DNA of 60,407 nt, counting the filler, from Platydemus manokwari (lineage: Eukaryota), in assembly GCA_037951405.1 (NCBI GenBank). It is 5 parts of 5 records of this genome, joined end to end, with 100 filler letters (N's around TTAATTAATTAA, not from the genome) between each part and the next. Parts side by side here need not be neighbours in the genome. Positions count along the whole stretch, not along the records: positions 49,189 to 60,407 come from JBBMOY010833312.1; 4 more parts are not named here. One strand, 5' to 3'. A model generated the notes under the pieces. It was not told the origin of the DNA. It did not search any database and was given only the letters and a program-made list of their open reading frames with translations. Each line of letters begins with the position of its first letter. Within the stretch, counting starts at the first letter, position 1. Both the position numbers and the translations under genes were made by a program. Of this stretch, positions 51,322 through 60,407 are shown piece by piece.

Positions 51322-53114
51322 CTGTGATAATGATAATTATAAATAATAATAGCTTCCAATAATTATAGACATTATAATTATAATGAAATATTAAAAATAA
51401 TTATAAAATAAATTTAATTAAGAAGGTAGAAACTGTGAACGATCCAGATTCGCGAGTAAAACAGAAAGTTAAAGAGGTTAGATATGCAATAAAATATTTA
51501 CTGGGCTTGCGAAGATGAATGATCTTATAATATTTGATATTGTTGAAATATTGAAACCGAGATGGCAATTAACCACTTATTTCTCCACTGGATTCTACTG
51601 AAAATCATTCTCATAATAAAAATATCAACAAATAACATTTTCCCTCGGTCCTATTGACAGTCGACCATGTTAACAATGTAATTTATAATCATAAGTTTGT
51701 GTGTGATGCTTTGCTTGAGTTTTATTCAATGTTCGCGTTTCCCGATCCCAGCTGAATTTATTGATTTATAATGTGTGATTTTAGCCAATCATAATTGTCT
51801 CGTTATGTCGTCATGTATGTTACAAAGTAGAAATCTCTGTTGTAGATTGATTCTGATTGATAGATTATCGTGTCAGTGACTGTGCATGAATAGAGGCATG
51901 TAAAATACCAAAACAGGCCTTTCAAGATGCCAGGGACCTTTATTAAGTGAAATATTTTTATTGTTTTCATTACTAATTCTATGTTTAATTTTATTAAGGT
52001 TTGTTAGATAGAATTTCTGTTGAACATATTTATTATTAATAAAAACAAGAAAGCTCGATTTGATTTATATTTCTAGTAGACTAACAGAACTTCAGTTCAT
52101 TAGCCTTGGTCAAAACCCAATCACATAATATATTTTGTTTTTCTTTTTAAATGAAACACTTTCATTTTTTTGCATTTTATATTTCCGAAACTCTGTTCCT
52201 GTTCGTTGGAATGAGATTTATTTTCTAAAGGTTAATTCGCAAATATCTCAATCCTGGATAAATGAGAATTTACTAGGAATTTGTTGTATTATTATATAAA
52301 ATCGCCAAGGTACTGTAAAGTGAAATATAAAATGATGAAAAATATCAAGAAATTTTTATAGCTGATCGCTGGTACACAAAATCAAGTGGTGACGGACAGC
52401 AAATGATAGATTTCAGATAAAGTTCTGTCAGTGTGAGTACCATTTAGAATCGGTATAGATTCATTAAATAAATTCTCAAAACTATTAACAAGTGGATTAT
52501 ATTCTCTATAATTTTACGAATGCCAATGGATATTGCCAACATATAAATAAAAATAATAATATCAAATTATAAGCATGCAATATTGATATAAAATTGGCAT
52601 CAAACTCTCTATTTCAGGTACCTGCATTAAAGTCGAGGAGAATTTCTCATGAAAAGAATGACATTCCAAAGGTTTCTTTATTATTATATACGGATATTGA
52701 TATTGTTTAATATGGCTCATTAGATAAACAAATATAAGAATTCCTTTATTATTTAATTAGTTATAAAAATAGATTTTCCTCTTCTACAAAATATTAAATA
52801 TCAGCACATGAATATCTCATGTATTGTTGATTCGAAATACTGGTCTTAATAAAATAGATTTCCTTTGAGATACACAAAAAACATAAAAAATGGCTAAAAC
52901 ATGTAATTCTTAATTTTAAAACCATTCCGTATATGATCAATCGATACAAGAATTCACTGAACTGTGACGAATAATATCGATAGAACCAATAATTGATGTC
53001 ATAACCTCATTTTTCTTAATAGAGAATTTTTGCTAATATTATTGGAACATTTTACAGTTTAAGAAAACTAAATCTCGGATAACAAATTTAAATTAAAACA
53101 TCTCCTAAAGATGA

Positions 53115-53420
53115 GAAAAAAGGTCCTAAAATGTAATTTTGAATCTGTTGAGTGTATTGCAAAATTCTATATAGTTTATTTATTTAATTATATTTTTTCA
53201 AAACATTTTGAAATGTTTTTTCAGTACTTAATAAGAATTTTAATTGTTTGAAATCAAATATTAAATAGACTAGAGCTTAAAATCTTCAAAAATTTGATTA
53301 TTTGAAAAAATGAAAAAAGCAAGTCGAATTTATTGAAAATTACCTAGGACCTTTTTTTAAAATTAGAAGCAAATTGAGAGATATTCTCAACTTTTACAAT
53401 TATTTTATAAAAATAACCAA
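53115..53420. repeat. MITE-like dispersed repeat, copy 2
   Basis: Co-linear with 26000-26330 (AGGTCCTA...GAGTGT.TTGCAAAA...ACATTTTGAA...CAGTACTTAA...AGGACCTTTT...ATTAGAAGC). Confidence 0.6.
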
Positions 53421-53829
53421 TTATATTATTAAACATGTCTGTAATTAACTAACTGGATTTATAATTATAAAAATTTAAATTTTAAAACTCAAATAATCAT
53501 ATAGAAGTGTTGTGATTAGAATGGGAACTTGGTTTTAAAACTATGTTTTGTCACCAACAGTCATCTTAAAAAGTGAGATATTAACTGAATTATATGAATA
53601 AATCAAACAAAGTAGTTATATATAAAATTAAGTTATAAAATTATCTGATGCGCGAAAATTCATTATAACGAAGGTAGATCAAAGGACCCTTTTTCTTAAC
53701 TTATTTTTAAAAAGAATTTAAAATTCCCTCAATTATAAAATTATAAAGTCGAGTATTTGCATAAATAAGTTCAATATAAAATGGTAAAAATAACAAATTC
53801 AAATGAAATAAAGTTTATTCTCTACAAAC

Positions 53830-56800
53830 CATAAATTTGGCAAGTAGATATTGAGTTTTAAATGGTTTATTGTTATCAGCTTTCGGTCTGATACCGTCAG
53901 GAGTTAATGATTCAGACTGAAACGGGTTATAGATAATATATTATCAATCAAACAAATAAATATACCTCATGCATCTCATATGCTTCTGTCATAACGCGAT
54001 AGATGGCTTCTTTATCAAGAGTATCTTTGACTTCCTAGAAAATAGTTGAAAATCAAGTTCATAATCATTCATAATTCCAAATCAATGTTCTTTTGGTGTT
54101 ATTTTACTTTTAGAAAATGATTTTTTCGTAATTGTAATAAATTCAACAAAAATATTACGCAACAAACTGGTGACTAAATTGGTAAATTCTTTAATTAAAT
54201 TGTTATGTGTTACAGAATACTTCAGAAATAATGCTCTCCATATATTTTAAAATAAATTTTATTCATCTATTTGTTTATCAATTGAGGTCATTATAATAAT
54301 CTCGTTGATTTATCTATTAATATATACTATTGGTTTTATAAATATAACGATCAACTACACCTATCATACTATAGATTTATTAAATAATGTTTTAATTCAT
54401 TATTAATATTAAAATTATAATTGGAGCTTTAATTAGTTTTAAATCATAAAATATTTAAATAGTTACACAGCCGTGAATTTCTTCCAGATCTGTTAACAAA
54501 GTCAATACAGATTTCGGAAAATATTCGAAACGAATTAGGTTTATTGCATGTTTCTCAATCTGATTAAAAGGTTTTACCCTTCCCCATTGAATTTATCAAC
54601 ACACACTTCCGAAAATTGAATCGACCTTGCTATTAAGTGTGTGAAAGTATTTAAATTAAAAAATTTCTTAGTTTTTGTATTGTTGTCAAGAATATCAACG
54701 TTGGTTTGAAAACGAGTAGTTTTTTGTCATATATGAATCATATTTATTCCTGTAATCTTGTCACCATGATTATCATTGCACCAGCTTTTAGATGTGACAA
54801 GTTTGATAGAACGAATATAAATACGACACATAAGTTTTGTATGATTACAGTTGAAGACGTGAGGAATAAATTGGAAGACCTGTTGATAGGTTTAAATTGT
54901 CGATTTTTGTCTAAACCCGCTCATAGAAAAATGACATCAAATATTAAGGTTTATTACTACCCATGAATATTAATTAAAACGCAAACAGTGCTAATAAGTA
55001 CCCGTGATAACAATAATTAGCATAAAAATAAAATCAATAGGATCTCAAAAGTAACATAATTCACTAAATCTTAAACTAAATGACTGTATTCAATCATTAG
55101 GTTTTAAGTAAACATGTCAATTGTTTTTTTAAGAAAAATACCCACATTAGCAATTTGTGTAGCATCTGGATTATTTTCTTCAATCATAGAAATGACTAAA
55201 TTGCCAATATTTTGTTTCAGCTCTATCATTTGATGTATTGAACAGTCGGGATAATTACCTCCTCTCAAAATGTAGTTGATGTAATCAATGATTTTGTTGT
55301 CATAAACAGTAACACGGTTCTCTTGATTTCCCTATTAAATCAATAAACATCTTTATTTATCTATTAAAGTATTCTCACCGCTACAAATTCATTAATCGTG
55401 GAAAATACTTGGGACACCAAATCGACCGTGTCTTTGTTGATATTAGCATAAACCACGTTGAGAAATTGAACAACTTCAGCAACTAGATTGAATGACTTAA
55501 CGTTATCGGGCTGTTCTCTCAAATAGGTCTGACAATGATAATCAAATAAATTTAATAGAACTTCACCAGAATGTTCATTGGTTTAATAAAAATTAGTAAT
55601 GAAATTATAATTGATGTTCTAATTATATTTATACCTGTAATCCTGGATGTTGGCCGTCGCATATTCGAGCTAGAAGCTTCAACACCAATTCGATATAACC
55701 ATCATCTTTCATACTTATTTGTTCCTCTTCACCTTCATTTTCATCTTCTTCTACTTCGTCATCCTCTTCTTCAACGTCTTTAGTCTAAAACAAATGACCA
55801 TTCAAATGCAAACCATTACTCTATTAAAAGCGTACCACTGTCACCATGGCCAATTCTTCTGCATCTTTACCAAGCAGTTTTTTGTCATCAAATGCTTCGT
55901 AGTACTTAGAATTCTCCGTCATTACTTGTCCATCAGTTTGACGAAATGTGGTTTTTGCCGTATTTTTTATTTTACCATTGGTTTGTTTGAGTTTACCGTG
56001 GTTATCTTTCTTTATCATTTTCGATCTGGGTTTTCCAGTATTCTGAAACAATGTTGTGAAAACATTGATAATTAAAACATTATTAATATTACTGATAGAC
56101 TACCGACTGCATTTTTCATTCTCTGAGTACTGATCATTAATCTTATTTCCTGAAAATATGATTTCAATTTAAGAAATTTTTTATAATATTTATTGACGGA
56201 CAAATAAATAATATTCTATTATAAACTGAATGTATTTTATTGGTACAATCATATGGGAGGATTTGCGAAATTTATACTATATATTTAGTTCATTTGCTTT
56301 GGGAAATCCGAAATCAAAAAAATCTAACAGAGTTTTCAAATCTGGTGAAATCATAAATTTTATCTCTGAAGAAAATCGATATTATTTTTAAAAATACTTT
56401 TGTAAAATATTTATATTAATATTTTACATGAACACTTTGGCAGATTTGTTTAGTGAAAACAGGCAAATAAGGATTAATCATGACCATTTAAGAAATAAAA
56501 CTTTTCAAAACCAAGATGTAAATCATCAAACCTTCATAGCACGATTCCCTAAAGTCATAGTAGTAGCCAAATTTTTTGCTTGTTCTTGAGCTTCTTTTTT
56601 CCGAGATAATTGTTGTGCTAGAAGCAATCGCCTTTCTTTAATATTAGCCATAGATAATTGCAATCGATTTCGGACAGCATAGAAAAACACTTCTTCTTTT
56701 GTTTCAAGAAAATAGTCCAACAGAGATTTCTGTGAATAAAAATATTAAATATCTATGGATTTTCATTAATAATAATTACTTGTATGCTATGATTGGCGTT

Positions 56801-59800
56801 AAATAACATCATCGCTTGTAAAGAAAGAACTTCTTTGGCGATTTGGTCACTTGGATTTGCAAGGTGGGGTAAAATTTTTGTGCCAAACTTAAATGAATTC
56901 AAAGTGTTTTGAATATCTTCAATGTTTTTCAATCCTTTTTTAATTCTAAATTCCGAAGTTCGTGTTTGCCAATCTTCTGGTAGTTTTCTCTCTTCGTTAT
57001 GAATCATAGATCTTAACAATTGAAGACATCTGATATCCAATTTCTCTTGCTCCAGTCTTCTTTTTCGAGCTCCACCTGTAGTGGCAAGACTTCCAAAATT
57101 TGTCGTCGTTGAGGATATACTGTGATTTAATATATAAAAATATTTTTATGGGTTTAGGATTTAGACTTACTATAACTGATCAATGAGCAATTCAGCCATT
57201 TTATATTTAACTTCAGTCTTTTTGGTATATGGTGTTATGAAACACTTTAGATGATTTTGAAATTCATCTCCCAACGGCAAGTTATCATCACCTTTCACAG
57301 ATGTATATTCTGCAAAATAAATAATTTATTTTAAAAATAATATGAAATTTAAATTATATTAAAAATATTAAGGGGAAGACTAAATTCCATTTTCGATTAA
57401 TTAATATTTCGACCAAACTCTATTAAGATTAACTATAGTGCTGACACCAACTTTCGAATAATTTATTTAATAAATAATTTTATTTATTACCTATAAAATA
57501 ATTGATTAGACAAGTCTAGTAATCTAATATTTAAATCGTTACGCTTTAAAAATAAAATATTACTGAATGAATCAATTTAACTTTGAAAAAAGTGAAATTG
57601 TTTAAATAATTCTTTAAGATTATGTTTAAAATAATCCAAAACTTAAATAAATATTAGGCTTAAGTTTAAAAAACGGGTCTTTAAACCTACATTCATTATA
57701 ATGAATTTTTACGATATGATAATTTTATAATTTATTTTAATTTTTTATTTCTTCAATGTCATGTGAAAATTAATTTTTATAACAAATTTTTATTTTAGAT
57801 CAAAATTATATGAATTAATTATTCTTCGTTCTATGCTTTTAAATTCCTAACCGTCAATTATTTCTAAAAAATTTTAGATGATTAACAATACCATATTGAT
57901 TTCCAAATTTTGGAATGTGTCTGTCAAACTCCTAATAAAACTTGATGTCAATCAAATAAAAATTAATTGATACGACCTCATTTATGGTCAGTTGAATATT
58001 AAGTAATACTTTAAATGTTAATTCTATTTTTATCTTGTAAAATTTTCCTCTGTGGTTGTTACAACTCGGCTTGGGAATATGAAACAAATTTTATATCATG
58101 ATAATTTTTTTATATTTAGTTTTTCGTGAGATTTTTGACGTTTTGTGATGTTTAATTTATTCATATAGTTCGATTTATAACTCAATTTTTAGAATGTTAA
58201 ATAGGATTAAGAGAATCTTTAAACCAATTCCCTCTTGTAAATACAATGCTTCTATGTGATTCCTTGATTTTGTAAATTTAGATGTTTTTAATTATACGCA
58301 GACTTAGTAGATTTCTGGTGTATTTAATAATGTAATATTACTTTTACCTAGAAAATAATTGTAGAATTTGAGAGTATCTCCATTTACTTCTAATATTTAA
58401 AAGGGTCCTCTCTAATTTTCAATAAATTACAATATAACCTACTTTGACCGTTTTTCATATTACCAAATTTTAAGAGATTTCAAAGCTTTAGTATTTTTAT
58501 TTTTTTTATTTCAGGAATGGATATAATTATATATGCATTACACTCAAAAACTATCAATTTTATTTTAGCTTCTCTTTTCTTAATTTTAACCTTTTATTTC
58601 TAAAACTCTTGTAATGTTATATGTTAATAAAAAATTTTATCATGTTTAAGCTAAAGTTGAAATATAAATTAATGGAAAATAATATTTAGCCTAATACTTC
58701 TCAATTTAATGCTATGAACAAGACTATTGTGACATCCAAGGTAATCTTAACTTTTAAGGATAAATAAAATTTAAAATGAGTTATATTTACTATATTCTTC
58801 AGAACATTTACCTCGGTTAGATGAAATCTTTAATTGAGCTTGAACAGTGTTATGACCACTGTAAATCAGACTACAGTTTCCGGCAAATGTTTTCAATTTG
58901 AGATTCATTTTCACTTCTTGGTTATAATATTCTTGGTTTCCCTATGTTATTAGAATAAGTATTATGAAACTTTATGAGTCTTTATACCTCTTTCATCTGG
59001 GTTATTGTATCAACTATCTTTCCACCTTTTCCAATTCCTTCAACAACTGGTTCCATAATCTTGAAAAATGCATTATATTGAACATAATAAAGCTTTAATT
59101 ATATAACCAAACTTATATTTCTTTATATTTAAAATAAAATTATCATTCTAAAATAAAAATTATTATTCTACCTGTGGCAATTTATTAACTTCGAAAATTT
59201 TCGAAATTAAAATTAAAATGAACTTCTTATAATATTGAAAACAAATTTAAAGTCGCTTAATATCACTAAATTAAAATCGATTTGCTTTTAATTACCAGTA
59301 ATTTAACTCGTTTAATAACAAATCTGGCTGACTGGATTGACGGAAAAAGATTTAGCATATTTTACAAAATTTACAAAAGCACATGAAGAAAGATAGAGTT
59401 GAAGTTCTGTTTAAGTTAGATATTGCTAGTCACAGATGAAATTTAAGATGTCTCGATTCTTTAATTTAATTTTCAATAAAGTTTTAAGTATTATATTAAA
59501 TTAATTAAATCGGTTAATAATACTGTTTCTCCTGGAAGTATATTTTAACCAATTTCGGTTGTGATTTTAGAATTAACGTTAAAAATGTACATACAAATGA
59601 AAAGGTTTTCATTATTATTACCGTTGCAGGTAGCGTAGATTTTGGTATCATATGTGTTAAACAGGCTATCATAGCTTTAAGGTGATGTGGCTGCGTCATT
59701 GATGGAGCGAGAGCTGCACATAAGTTCTGCATAAAGTAAAAATAAAAAATATTTATTTTCACTATTCATAAATCAGATAATTAATCTTACCACCATAGAG

Positions 59801-60388
59801 CGGGTTAGATCATCATATATATCCTTTTCAGCTTTGTTATCTTCCGAATCAAAGAGGAAGACTTGACGAGAATATAACTGAACGTGTTAGTTAAAACCGA
59901 TTTAGAAAGTAGATAATTTTAATATTTTTGATTGTATTTATAATTTAAATTATTTTATTATTATTATTATATCATCATTATCAATTTAATTTATTCAAAT
60001 ATGAAAGACTATCATACATGTAGGAAGGCTAGAACAGAATCAAAAATATAATGGATCGAAGCATGAGCTCGGAATTCATCTTCTTTCACACGTAAAATTG
60101 CACTGTAATAATTTTGGTTATTTGATCATCATCAAAGATATTACTTTTCATTATTTAGTTTAAGTGGTTTCTTCGGATCTTGAGAAACTAATTCAGTACA
60201 AATGGAACATGATAAATGGGTTTTCAAACTAAACATAATAAATCGTTGTTTGACTTAATACAATTACTAACTGTTTAGGAAACGGTTTTATTAATAGATA
60301 ATAAATTAATTCATGTGGAGATTCGAGGATGTATTGGGTCAAATAATGAATTTCTTCACTAATATTTCCAATAAATTGCCAGATTTTC
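53830..60388 (-). CDS. Inositol 1,4,5-trisphosphate receptor / ryanodine receptor family Ca2+ channel (ITPR-like), 17 internal exons including the RIH-associated domain; partial
   Basis: In-phase GT-AG exons: 60388-60272, 60228-60145, 60102-60018, 59877-59791, 59726-59622, 59059-58988, 58941-58812, 57309-57171, 57119-56780, 56729-56532, 56149-56093, 56042-55836, 55784-55635, 55528-55379, 55331-55146, 54034-53966 and 53916-53830. Motifs include LDIRCLQLLRSMIHNE, MLFNANHSIQKSLLDYF..EEVFF, LKLLARICDGQHPGLQTYLREQPDNVKSFNLV and GNQENRVTVYDNKIIDYINYIL. No transmembrane or pore exons were found in the window. Confidence 0.9.
58340..58520. repeat. MITE-like dispersed repeat, partial inverted copy 3 (intronic)
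   Basis: CTTCTAAT...AAAAGGGTCCTC...TTTTCAAT...ACCTACTTTGACC is the reverse complement of ~26195-26262. Confidence 0.6.
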
Positions 60389-60407
60389 CTAAATTATTGA
60401 ATAGGTT

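Larger units (their letters stand above)
50162..52671 (+). pseudogene. Chain of short phase-0 exons of an unknown gene or pseudogene, antisense to the IP3R-like gene
   Basis: Candidate exons: 50162-50242 (NDTVTEEHLNAENGEVTEEHLNTENDE), 50294-50359 (ICLLEQEIIILEDPTEFDVNTE), 51423-51476 (KVETVNDPDSRVKQKVKE), 52277-52309 (EFVVLLYKIAK), 52362-52406 (LIAGTQNQVVTDSK*) and 52618-52671 (VPALKSRRISHEKNDIPK). They have AG/GT borders, and 51-52 nt introns separate two of the pairs. Stop-containing exon-like blocks lie at ~51850-52110. Confidence 0.4.

Noticed and set aside
1-60407. Alternative genetic code (TAA/TAG = Gln) as an explanation for in-frame stops
   Set aside because: The CK2, ZIP, H1 and ITPR-like exons contain many CAA/CAG Gln codons and no internal TAA/TAG. 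H1 ends in TAA and CK2 in TAG or TAA, and the disabled exons also contain TGA and a frameshift.
1-60407. CRISPR arrays, prokaryotic operons or defence systems, rRNA/tRNA genes
   Set aside because: The DNA is spliceosomal-intron eukaryotic sequence. The tandem repeats (21 bp, 36 bp, ~90 bp) have no unique spacers, and no cloverleaf or rRNA sequence was recognised.

Overview
This is strongly AT-rich eukaryotic (invertebrate metazoan) genomic DNA with GT-AG introns, many only ~40-65 nt long. It consists of five segments joined by identical artificial 100-bp linkers (44 N + TTAATTAATTAA + 44 N). Recognisable host genes are an intronless divergent linker histone H1 variant (3465-4352 +), a complete 7-exon casein kinase II alpha gene (31183-32939 +), two internal exons of a LIV-1/ZIP zinc transporter (39685-40214 +), and 17 consecutive in-phase exons of a divergent IP3-receptor/RyR-family Ca2+ channel (60388->53830 -, both ends missing). 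The rest is largely transposon debris: three copies of one rosa-like Tc1/mariner family, a cecropia/Hsmar1-like mariner end, another decayed mariner, a 71-bp piggyBac-type mini-element, a fossil with a Ulp1-like protease domain (NeSL/R5-like non-LTR), SINE-like and MITE-like repeats and microsatellites. The least expected signal is several chains of phase-consistent short exons with normal splice sites that carry in-frame TAA/TGA stops but almost no frameshifts (28.7-30.1 kb, 42.9-44.8 kb, 50.2-52.7 kb). These are most simply unprocessed pseudogenes, but are worth testing against RNA. A flatworm (planarian) origin is plausible from the TE content but is not established. No prokaryotic-type system, CRISPR array, rRNA or tRNA gene was found.
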